Below are positions 27,173 through 35,932 of a stretch of 64,000 nt of DNA, in pieces (within the stretch, counting starts at the first letter, position 1; the number at the start of each line of letters is the position of its first letter). The notes below the pieces were generated by a model, which saw only the letters and a program-made list of their open reading frames with translations, had not been told where the DNA came from and ran no database searches. Position numbers and translations under genes: made by a program. The stretch is from Candidatus Bathyarchaeota archaeon (GTDB lineage: Archaea > Thermoproteota > Bathyarchaeia > 40CM-2-53-6): contig CAVTBR010000002.1 in assembly GCA_963733055.1 (NCBI GenBank), positions 64,001 through 128,000 on the forward strand. Direction: 5' to 3'.

Positions 27173-28942
27173 CTACGCTTCTGTTTCTATTCTCTTGAGC
27201 TGTTTCTTGTACATTCCAAGCGCTTCGTCGGTGCTCGTCGCGTCTTCCGGATTCTTGTCCTTTCTCCACTTCCCGGTAAACCTCGGAAACCTCAATGCCA
27301 GTCCGCTCTCGGGCCTAATCGCCCCCCTGGCACACGTGTGAAGTGGCGAGAGAGTGATTTCATCCGTGGCTACCTCAAGAACTAGGGAGGGTGTGAACCA
27401 GACATCGGGGTTCATCAGTGAGTTGACGCGCGGATTTCTGTGGGTTGACAGGGTCCCCTCCGTAATCTTCGGTAAAGTGACAAGATCCTCGTCCGTGAAT
27501 CCTGATCCCAACTTGCAAATCGTTTCGAAAGCTTCTTCCTTCGGATTGTACACGGCCATTAGTAATGCGCCGTACCAGCCCGCTCGCCTTCCTCTTCCAG
27601 CATAGGCGCCAACGGGAACTAGATCGAAGGTGTCCTGTACCTCGGCTTTGTAGGAGCGCTTGTATTTTATCCAGAGCCATCCCCGAGCTCCCGCTTGGTA
27701 GACGGACTGTTGCGAGGTACTCTTCACGACGAGTCCCTCGCATCCAGCGGCAACGGCTTCGTCCATTAGCCGCTCTAACTTGCGCCCATCGTTGACCAAA
27801 GTTTGTTGGGCGATGAATACTCTATCCGAAGCCTTGACAGTTTCAACGAGTTCTTTGCGCCTGTCGAGGTAGGGTAGTTGCGTAAGGTCTCGTCCATCTC
27901 GGTAGAGGATATCAAATAGGAAGACGCTTACCGGGATTTCGCCGGCCATTTTGCTGATCTCGTATTTTCTTCCGTGACGTTGGGAGATCACTTGAAATGG
28001 TAGAAGGTCGCCCGTGTTAGGATCCGCGGCCACACATTCGCCTTCAACGATGGCTTCCTCGGTGCGGATACTCTTGCGAAGGTTTTCCGCCACGTCGGGG
28101 AACTGTTCGGTAATGTTCTCTAAACGCCTTGAGAAAAGATGGAAGCCTTTGGCAGATAGGTGTGCTTGGATTCGGAGTCCGTCGTATTTGTACTCAGCGG
28201 CCCCTTCCCCTCCGAGTTTTGCAAGTATGCCCTGCGCGTCCGGTAGGCGTTCGCACAACATCGGCCTAATCGGTCGCCCGACGCTGATTTTGAAACTAGC
28301 GAGGCCACTTAACCCGTTCCTTGCTAGAACTTCAGCCACGTAACCCAAGTCCGATGAAAGGTTGTAGGCTCGCTCAAGGGGCTCCCTCGCCGTTTTATCG
28401 CCGCCATACGCGACGGCGAGCGCGTCGAGAACCGTCATGTCGGCAACACCCAGGCGGAGTTTGCCCACGGCCATTCGCCCGATGTACTTTGCTTCCGTTG
28501 GTTTGGCCTCGTTCAGAATGCTTGTCAAGAGGCGTACCTTCATTTCAACGGAACCCGAACCTCCCGCGTGCGCGATCTTGTCGAACGTGCCGTAGACCGA
28601 TTCCACCGTCAGCAGCCGTTTGGATAGAGTGGTTTGCGATCGTTTCTGGACAAGTTTCTCGATCGTGCTACCAAGATCGCCAGTTTTCTTGAAGTCCGCT
28701 TCAATTGCTTTCTCGGTGCGCCCTGTAACCTGAGCGACCGATTTCATGAGGAGTTTCTCAGCCAGGCCAAGTTCGACGCCTTCATAGTCCGGATACAACT
28801 TGCCTTGGATGAGGTAAACTACCTTGCTCAGCTCCTCCTTCGGAGTCTTCTTGATAAGATCAACGAGGAAGCTAGTCATCTCCAACCGTTTTGTGGTAGA
28901 GTCAATCTTCTCAAACGCATTCGCGAGTTCAATGAACTTCAA
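27173..28942 (-). CDS. lig: ATP-dependent DNA ligase
   Basis: EYKYDGLR, EGE, EGLVVK, WIKYK and LRFPRF motifs. Confidence 0.97.
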   Translation of the reverse strand: MKFIELANAFEKIDSTTKRLEMTSFLVDLIKKTPKEELSKVVYLIQGKLYPDYEGVELGLAEKLLMKSVAQVTGRTEKAIEADFKKTGDLGSTIEKLVQKRSQTTLSKRLLTVESVYGTFDKIAHAGGSGSVEMKVRLLTSILNEAKPTEAKYIGRMAVGKLRLGVADMTVLDALAVAYGGDKTAREPLERAYNLSSDLGYVAEVLARNGLSGLASFKISVGRPIRPMLCERLPDAQGILAKLGGEGAAEYKYDGLRIQAHLSAKGFHLFSRRLENITEQFPDVAENLRKSIRTEEAIVEGECVAADPNTGDLLPFQVISQRHGRKYEISKMAGEIPVSVFLFDILYRDGRDLTQLPYLDRRKELVETVKASDRVFIAQQTLVNDGRKLERLMDEAVAAGCEGLVVKSTSQQSVYQAGARGWLWIKYKRSYKAEVQDTFDLVPVGAYAGRGRRAGWYGALLMAVYNPKEEAFETICKLGSGFTDEDLVTLPKITEGTLSTHRNPRVNSLMNPDVWFTPSLVLEVATDEITLSPLHTCARGAIRPESGLALRFPRFTGKWRKDKNPEDATSTDEALGMYKKQLKRIETEA

Positions 28943-29135
28943 CTAAGCCACCCCCACTACCAAACTGAAAGATTGAGACAAAGGCATGAGTGAAATCACG
29001 GATATTAGCCGTTTGCGTAAGCAAGTAGGGTTTTGATCTCACGGCCAACCAAGGGAACGGAAATCCCGCAATCGTGAAATAAACGACTCCGTCACTTCCT
29101 GCTAACCATAGTTTGACTTCAATGGCGAGATTAGA

Positions 29136-29987
29136 ATGACCGCAAAACTACCGGCTCGGCTGTATTTTGGCTGCGCCGGCTGGTCGTACAAGGAATGGGT
29201 CGGGCCATTGTATAATGGCGAAAAATCCATGCTTCAACAGTACGCGTCAGTCTTCGACACTGTCGAATTGAATTCTTCATTCTACAGGGCGCCGAGCGAG
29301 GGGACGATATTAGGCTTGACCAAGTATACGAAGCGTGGTTTCATGTTTAGCGCCAAAATCAATCAAAAGTACACCCACGATCTCGCCCTGAAGCTCGACA
29401 AAGCCAGCACTTCGGAGTTGGAGGACTTCGTGCAACTGTTTGACCCCCTTCTCACCCAAGACCGCCTTGGTTGTTTCCTTGTACAGTTACCTCCATCCCT
29501 CAAAAGAGACGACCGACTCTTGGAAGACTTCTTAGCCGCTCTTCCGCACCGATACAACTACGTGGTGGAATTTCGAAACAAGTCCTGGATGGATGACCCG
29601 ACATGGAGGATTCTAGCGAAATACCAGGCTGCATACTGTATCGTAGATGAGCCTCTTCTGCCTCCGGAGATCCATGTTACATCAGACATAGGGTACATCC
29701 GGTGGCATGGGCATGGCGAGAGACCGTGGTATGATTATCGGTACACGCAAGGTCAGCTTCAGGAATGGATCCCGAAGATCAAAGAGGTACAAGAGAACAC
29801 GAAGAAGACTTTCGCCATATTCAACAACCATTTCCATGGGTACGCACCCGAGAACTGCCTTCAAACCATGCAGATGCTTGGAATCGCTAGTCCTACTCAG
29901 CTTAAGACAATGAAGCGGGTACAAAGTCACATTGAAAGGGGATTGGCTGGGCTACCCCCAGCTGGCACGCTAGACGAGTACGCTTAG
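29136..29987 (+). CDS. DUF72-domain protein
   Basis: GCAGWSY..W, TVELNSSFY, QLPPS, VEFR, YIRWHG and FNNH motifs. Confidence 0.92.
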   Translation: MTAKLPARLYFGCAGWSYKEWVGPLYNGEKSMLQQYASVFDTVELNSSFYRAPSEGTILGLTKYTKRGFMFSAKINQKYTHDLALKLDKASTSELEDFVQLFDPLLTQDRLGCFLVQLPPSLKRDDRLLEDFLAALPHRYNYVVEFRNKSWMDDPTWRILAKYQAAYCIVDEPLLPPEIHVTSDIGYIRWHGHGERPWYDYRYTQGQLQEWIPKIKEVQENTKKTFAIFNNHFHGYAPENCLQTMQMLGIASPTQLKTMKRVQSHIERGLAGLPPAGTLDEYA

Positions 29988-30436
29988 GCCTGTTTGGCAT
30001 GAAACTCAGATTGCGATGAGGCAGCCCGTGGATTGTTTTTGAGAGATTGGATCGATCGATTCCGTGAAGAGATCTTAATAGTTTGAAGTTGAATATTCCG
30101 TTCCGGATAACTGCGACCGTGCAAGGCTGGTTTAGGTTTTGAAATGCCCTCTTTGCGGTAAGAAGATGTCAAGCACGAGAGAGGGCCCGCCGGACAATTC
30201 GGCCGAAGGGGCCGATCGGCAAGAATTAATTTACTATTGCGAGCAGCACGGCGCAATGAACAAGCTGACCGACCTGAAAGATAAAGTGGATCAAGTAGCC
30301 AAGAAAGTCTAGAGTATTCTTTACCTAATCCATTCACGTTTGTTGACGTTCCGATCACGTAGAAATTTCCTTGGCTAGGCAAAGAGATTAAGGCGAGCTC
30401 GTCCATGCTTGGCAAATCACACTGAGTGTAAGGATC

Positions 30437-30889
30437 ATGCCATCTGAGAAATCGTGTGGAGCGGTAATCTTCAAGGAAGGAAAGGAGAGGAAGTACTTGC
30501 TCCTGCATTATGAGGGAGGCCATTGGGATTTCGTTAAGGGTCATGTCGAACGAGGTGAGACGGAGAAGGAAACAGTATTACGGGAAACTCAAGAGGAAGT
30601 TGGAACGACGGAAGTATCTTTCATCGAGGGTTTCCGACACCGGATCGGCTACTACTACAGGCGGGCTGGGGCTACAGTCTTCAAGGAAGTAATCTTCTAC
30701 CTATTAGAGTCAAAAACTGACGCCGTCAGACTCTCACGAGAACACGTAGGGTTCGATTGGATGTCATATGCTAGAGCGTACGACCGACTCACGTACAAGA
30801 ATGCCAAGGAGACCATAAGTAAGGCACGTGAGTACCTCGAAGGCCTGGATCAGGGAAAGCAGTTAGGGGCCGCCAAGGAAAGCAGCTAG
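30437..30889 (+). CDS. Nudix hydrolase, bis(5'-nucleosyl)-tetraphosphatase type
   Basis: SCGAV, HWDFVKGHVERGE and Nudix box RETQEEVG. Confidence 0.9.
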   Translation: MPSEKSCGAVIFKEGKERKYLLLHYEGGHWDFVKGHVERGETEKETVLRETQEEVGTTEVSFIEGFRHRIGYYYRRAGATVFKEVIFYLLESKTDAVRLSREHVGFDWMSYARAYDRLTYKNAKETISKAREYLEGLDQGKQLGAAKESS

Positions 30890-31795
30890 CACGGCCCGAG
30901 CTCCGTGAAGTTTGTTCTCCCCTTGTTGCCAGACAATGCTTTGGGGACCTTCAAGTACGTCGTCGGTTATCTCTAAGCCGCGGTGCGCTGGCAGACAATG
31001 CATGACGGCAACGTCCGGTTTGGCTTTTGAGGCCAGCTTCGAATTAATCTGATATGACTTGAACGCACGCGCCTTCTGCTTTGCTTCCTTATCCTGACCC
31101 ATACTAACCCAAACATCCGTATAGATCACATCTGCCCCATCCACGGCTTTTACTGGATCCCGAACAAAACTTACGCTGCCGCCAGAACCCTTCGCGAGAG
31201 CCCTAGCCTCCTCGATGATCCGTTTGTTTGGATCGTAGCCTTTCGGGCATGAGACAACCATGTTCATTCCCATTGTGGCCGCTCCAAGTAACCAAGAATT
31301 GCACACATTGTTCCCATCCCCAACCCAGACAAACTTGACTCCTTGAAGAACCCCTTTCGCTTCGAGCACGGTCAGCATGTCTGCAATAATCTGCGTGGGG
31401 TGCTCTAGATCGCTCAGAGCGTTGATAATGGGTACAGGGGCGTATTCAGCAAACTCAACTAGGTTCTGGTGAGCGTACGTCCGGATTACTAACCCGTTGA
31501 GGTACGAGCCGAGAATTCTCGCAGTATCCTTCAGGGGTTCTCCACGCGATAGCTGTAGCTCATCAGCCCGCAGATACATCGCTTGCCCACCCAACTGGTA
31601 TACTGCCGCTTCGAAGCTCGCACGAGTTCGAGTAGAGGGTTTCTCGAATAGAAGGCCGACAACCTTCTCGGCAAGACGGTGCTCTACCGGTCCCTGCTTT
31701 GAGTCAGACTTTAGCCTCACGGCCAGGTCCATCAACGATTGAACTTCGTCGCGGGATAGGTCGCTTATGGATAGGAAGTCTCTACCGGCAAGCAA
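30863..31795 (-). CDS. argF: Ornithine carbamoyltransferase
   Basis: STRTR, HPTQ, GDGNNV, DVWVSMG and HCLP motifs. Confidence 0.95.
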   Translation of the reverse strand: MLAGRDFLSISDLSRDEVQSLMDLAVRLKSDSKQGPVEHRLAEKVVGLLFEKPSTRTRASFEAAVYQLGGQAMYLRADELQLSRGEPLKDTARILGSYLNGLVIRTYAHQNLVEFAEYAPVPIINALSDLEHPTQIIADMLTVLEAKGVLQGVKFVWVGDGNNVCNSWLLGAATMGMNMVVSCPKGYDPNKRIIEEARALAKGSGGSVSFVRDPVKAVDGADVIYTDVWVSMGQDKEAKQKARAFKSYQINSKLASKAKPDVAVMHCLPAHRGLEITDDVLEGPQSIVWQQGENKLHGARAVLAAFLGGP

Positions 31796-31850
31796 TGCAT
31801 GTTACCGACTCGAAGTGAATCGGGGTTATTGAAAAATGCTTGCGACGATT

Positions 31851-32261
31851 TCAAGTTCCGCGCGGAATCACTTTCTGGGTCTTCGCGGCGTACTTCGGGG
31901 CCCTTCTTGTGGGGTCTATCAGGAACCTTCCTGACTTGAGAATATCCATTCCGATGAGGACTGGGTATCGCATGTCTGAACGATCATTCACTGTTACGGG
32001 TAAGGCGAACCTTACTCCGGCAATCTCTATGATCCCTCTGACTAGAGGCCGTGTCCGAACCTCATCTAAGAAGGCTGACTTGACCTTCGCTACATCCACG
32101 GTAGGTCCGAGGCCAATGTTTGCTGCGAGCCAGACATCTACCGAGGTCCTGCTGGCGCCTGTGTCCACCTTGCCCTTGACGCGTGCTTCACCGTGATGGC
32201 CCATGACTTTCACGTACTCTATCGGGCCGATTACAATCGGCTCTTTCTTCTTCACTGCCAT
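31851..32261 (-). CDS. RimK-associated retropepsin-like protease (RimB-like)
   Basis: GKVDTGASRTS and DRSDMRYPVLIG motifs; divergent from rimK. Confidence 0.85.
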   Translation of the reverse strand: MAVKKKEPIVIGPIEYVKVMGHHGEARVKGKVDTGASRTSVDVWLAANIGLGPTVDVAKVKSAFLDEVRTRPLVRGIIEIAGVRFALPVTVNDRSDMRYPVLIGMDILKSGRFLIDPTRRAPKYAAKTQKVIPRGT

Positions 32262-32316
32262 CACTGCCACACCATTTATCAGAACCATGTATTAAGCAGC
32301 CGTCAAGGCTTTTTCT

Positions 32317-33186
32317 ATGCAGATTGGAGTTCTCTCAAAGAACCGGGAGTTCTGGGCTACAACAGAGATCATCAACGCTTTGACAAAGAAGGGTGTAGAA
32401 CCGGCGTACATCAAGACGCCAGAAATCCATCTTATGCTAGGGGAGAAGGTCGACGCAATCTACGAAAAGAAATCACTTTCCACATTAGCTGCTGCGATAC
32501 CGCGCATCGGCCGCAGTTTAACGCAACTTGGAGTAATGATCCTGAAACACTTCGAATTAATGCGCATCCCATCCACACTCTCGATCGAAGGCCTCACCAC
32601 AGCCAGGAACAAGTATCTCACCCTCCAATCCCTTCACGCTGCGAAAGTTAGGATTCCTGAAAGCGTTCTCATCGCGTCGAGGATCAAGACCGAGGAGCCT
32701 ACTGAGTACCTCTCTCCTCCGTTGGTGATGAAGTTGCTTAGCGGGACGCAGGGAATCGGAGTTATGCGTGTTCGGGACGTGAAGGAGGCGGGTCCGATTA
32801 TTGATACGCTGTCTGAACTCGACCAAATGATCTGCCTGCAGAAATTCCTACCGAACCCCGGCGAAGACATACGCGTCTTCCTGGTTGCCGGCGAGGTGGT
32901 TGCTGCGATGAAACGCAAGGCCGCCCCTAACGAGTGGAGAAGCAACATCCACATTGGCGGGCACGGAATCGCCCACAAACCCAGTAAGGAGGAGGCCGAA
33001 GCGGCCACCAAGGCCGCGGAAGCAGTAGGAGTAGAGATTGCTGGGGTCGACCTCATCTCCGTCGAGAATGAGCCGTACGTTATCGAAGTAAACGCTTCCC
33101 CAGGCTTTCATGGGTTACTTGAGGCGACGGGGATAAACGCGGCCGATAGCATCGCGGGCTACGCAATAAGAAAGGCGAAACGCTAA
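32317..33186 (+). CDS. RimK-family alpha-L-glutamate ligase (ATP-grasp)
   Basis: GTQGIGV, EDIRV, WRSNIHIGG, GVDL and IEVNASPG motifs. Confidence 0.93.
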   Translation: MQIGVLSKNREFWATTEIINALTKKGVEPAYIKTPEIHLMLGEKVDAIYEKKSLSTLAAAIPRIGRSLTQLGVMILKHFELMRIPSTLSIEGLTTARNKYLTLQSLHAAKVRIPESVLIASRIKTEEPTEYLSPPLVMKLLSGTQGIGVMRVRDVKEAGPIIDTLSELDQMICLQKFLPNPGEDIRVFLVAGEVVAAMKRKAAPNEWRSNIHIGGHGIAHKPSKEEAEAATKAAEAVGVEIAGVDLISVENEPYVIEVNASPGFHGLLEATGINAADSIAGYAIRKAKR

Positions 33187-33245
33187 ACTAAGTTTCAGGT
33201 CGTCGTGCCGTAACGCTCATTGGATTCAACCGCCTTACCTGCCTT

Positions 33246-33317
33246 GCTGTCCGCAATGAAGACAGTCACAAATATGATGCTCAAATGAACTGAACCTGGG
33301 GTATCTGAGCGGACAGC
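33246..33317 (+). ncRNA. Candidate C/D box guide sRNA
   Basis: Perfect 9-bp terminal stem GCTGTCCGC/GCGGACAGC, C box ATGAAGA, D' ATGA, C'-like ATGAACTGA, D box CTGA, two 11-nt guides. Confidence 0.7.
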
Positions 33318-33319
33318 GC

Positions 33320-33585
33320 TAATCCCAAGATCCTGCCCACACAGTTTCTCAACGACCAAGCCAGCAGAAGTCTAGGTCTGGCTCACGACCTGAGCACCCG
33401 CCACTCGACTCGGACCATTCTGTGCCTTGACCCCACTTTCTCGGCACCAGAGTAGGGGAGCACGCAAGTCGGCTTTGGTCGGGCGTGGCGGGCGTAGTCC
33501 GCCCTTTCAAGAGGGGTGTAGGCCCTTCCTCAGGCACATTCCACGCAAGAGCCATTCGCTACCTGAAACGGCTAACCCGTGCATA
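33320..33585 (-). ncRNA. Unidentified structured RNA candidate
   Basis: GC-rich, no credible ORF; nested helices that close better with G-U pairs on the minus strand. Confidence 0.45.
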
Positions 33586-33902
33586 ATCACTAGCAGCACC
33601 ACCTCCACGGGTCTAAATCAGAGTGAAGGTCACATTGACTGTCACCCTTGTTTTCGGTGTCCTTTCTCGGTGGTGCAATCCACATTCGTCTTCCGGCGGC
33701 CACGTCTACTACCAAGCTGAAGTTTGTTACCCGGGGAACAAATTCAGAGTTCAAGTGCGAAAGCTTTGATCCTGAGCAATTTCCTGCCTTGTTATTGGTA
33801 GAGTTTGGCTTTACCTTAACTTGCACAACCAGGGCTTATTGAAACCCTCTTCAGCAAGAATCTTAATTCCAAAGTCGAATGGACGTGAGCCAGGAGGAAA
33901 AA

Positions 33903-34689
33903 ATGGACAGGTTGTTCGACTCCGTGTTTGTGAGGCCGCCGCCTAACAGTTATAGTAGATGCATCTCGGCGAATCCGCGTAGCGCCGAAATCGATGTAGC
34001 TCTCGCCAAAACACAACACCAACAATATTGCTCAATCCTGAAGGAATCGGGCATCGAGGTCATCACTTTGCAGGTTCTAGATGACTTCCCTGACTCAGTC
34101 TTCATGCAAGACCCCGCACTCCTAGGATCGCCGAACCTCATTCATTGGAAGGTTTGGCGTAGAAAGCCGACGAGGGGAAGAGAAGGCTCTTGTGGATGAT
34201 CTAAGTAAATCCGCAGGTAGAGGCAGGTTGAACTGGATAATTGAGCCCGGTACTTTGGAGGGAGGCGATGTGGTGATGACGGAGAAGGATTTGTTCGTCG
34301 GAGAATCCAAGCGCACGAACGCCTCAGGAATCCAGCAACTTGCAGACGTATTGATCGGTGTGAATGTCACGCCAGTTAAGACCGAGCTAATGCATCTGTT
34401 GTGCGGTTGCTCTTATCTAAACAACAAGACAATGATCGTTGCACCTGAACTAGTTGATACGAAATCATTTCCAGGTTTCAAATTCATCGTCATCCCCAAG
34501 GACGAAGCATACGCAACGGACGCTTTGTACTTAGGTGAGAGGAAAGTCCTCATCCCCTCAGGTTTCCCGACAACAAGCATCAGGTTGAAAGAGGCCGGGT
34601 ATAAATCAATCGAACTCGACATGTCGGAGTTTTGGAAGGGGGATGGTGGTGTGACCTGCCTCAGTTCACCCATTTACAAACTGCTGTAG
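33903..34689 (+). CDS. Dimethylarginine dimethylaminohydrolase / amidinotransferase family (apparent frameshift near 34141)
   Basis: FPDSVFMQD, then SRRGE, LEGGDV, RTN, HL and GGVTCLS in the second frame. Confidence 0.88.
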
Positions 34690-34724
34690 AGTCAGCGTGG
34701 ACTTGCCTTGACCTCCTTAGGCCG

Positions 34725-35121
34725 TTACGTGACCTGGGCGGGATAGAGTTCGGCCAGCCTTACCTTAACGTGCTTGCTGCCTAGTTTTAGGATGACGTAT
34801 GGGTTCCCGAACTCTCTTAGCAGCTGTCTGCAATTTCCGCAAGGAGGCAACACAACATTCTTCTTTCCATTGACAGCGACTATCGTCAGAATCTGGGACT
34901 GCGCCATCGGAAACCATGGCCCCGACGGCTGCGTACTCGGCGCAGAATGAACTTGGCGCGGAGCCGCTCACCTCGATGTTCACGCCTTGAAAGATTCTCT
35001 TGTCTTTGGTCTTGAGTACGGCTGCGACGGAGGTTCGTTCAGACCTCCTTTTCTTAGCAAGGTCCGTGGCTTTGTCAATTAACTTCTGATCTTCGGCGGA
35101 GAGAGTGTGTACACGCATCAT
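34725..35121 (-). CDS. Cytidine deaminase family (CAE type; apparent frameshift near 34902)
   Basis: GVNIE and CAEYAA in one frame, PPCGNCRQLLREF in the next. Confidence 0.85.
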
Positions 35122-35196
35122 CTATCCGAGAGGAATGCAACATCTTCTCTGGGATAAGTGAGGCGGTGTCGGTCGGGCGTTTGTAACCGGCGGCGT

Positions 35197-35637
35197 TTAT
35201 TGTCCTGACGCTATTTGTTCGCGCATAGATATGGGCGCCCGAGGAAGCACTGAATCCCGGAGCACGTAAGAAATTGCTCCCGCAATTAGGATGAGAATTG
35301 CGCTGGCCGTGCCGAGAGTAGTGTTGAAGTCCCGGTTCGTTCCACCGATGCCTACGCTGAAGGCTAGCAGGATTGCGCCGAAAATAATACCCCTCATTCC
35401 GGCATCATGCAACAACCGCTTGGTTGCCAACGTGAAGCAGTGGATTGCGCCGAGAGAGCAAATCACCCCGACAATCACGACTACTGCGAGGACGAAGCTG
35501 AAGAATTGCATCTGGAAGGGGTACAGGCTGTAAATGGGGATAGCGACTAAGCTAACGACTAAACTCACGACGCCGCCAATCACGAAGAGTGCAGCGGCGA
35601 TGTCGATGAAACCCGTTTTCAAACTTGATTTGCTCAA
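35197..35637 (-). CDS. Four-TM hypothetical membrane protein
   Basis: 146 aa with four hydrophobic segments. Confidence 0.75.
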   Translation of the reverse strand: MSKSSLKTGFIDIAAALFVIGGVVSLVVSLVAIPIYSLYPFQMQFFSFVLAVVVIVGVICSLGAIHCFTLATKRLLHDAGMRGIIFGAILLAFSVGIGGTNRDFNTTLGTASAILILIAGAISYVLRDSVLPRAPISMREQIASGQ

Positions 35638-35932
35638 TACACTAACCGAAGGTGACTTCTCGCCATTCCTTTAAAGTCTGACTTCACCACGGACACAAAT
35701 TCCACTTTGGGAGCTGAGACAAGCGAAAGTCTCGGTTCTAAACGTAGATCTTACAGAATAAGCAGAACCATCGATTGTTCGTTCTCTGCGTGCACCCACC
35801 GCATGCGGGGCACTTGGGACAGGTGTGAATGTGTGGCGATTGTAGCAAGCTCTGTCACCAAAATTTGGAAGGGAGGGCAGCGGAAAAAGCTTGTTGATTG
35901 TGCCTAACGATAATGAAGCAATTCGTGACGAC

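Noticed and set aside
29984-30430. 186-aa minus-strand ORF and a TCGGCC/GGCCGA hairpin
   Set aside because: No motif, atypical composition, and overlaps the Nudix gene; treated as intergenic or degenerate
33320-33585. RNase P RNA or SRP RNA identity for the structured region
   Set aside because: CTGAGGAAG and ACAGAA occur but no P4 complement follows, and the SRP helix-8 motif is missing; kept as unidentified RNA
33590-33830. DUF167-like start VQVKVKPNS
   Set aside because: Similarity ends after nine residues and no frame continues the family pattern
35709-35737. TPP-riboswitch-like GGGAGCTGAGA in an 11-bp hairpin
   Set aside because: No downstream ACCTGA/AGGGA elements, and wrong strand for the flanking genes
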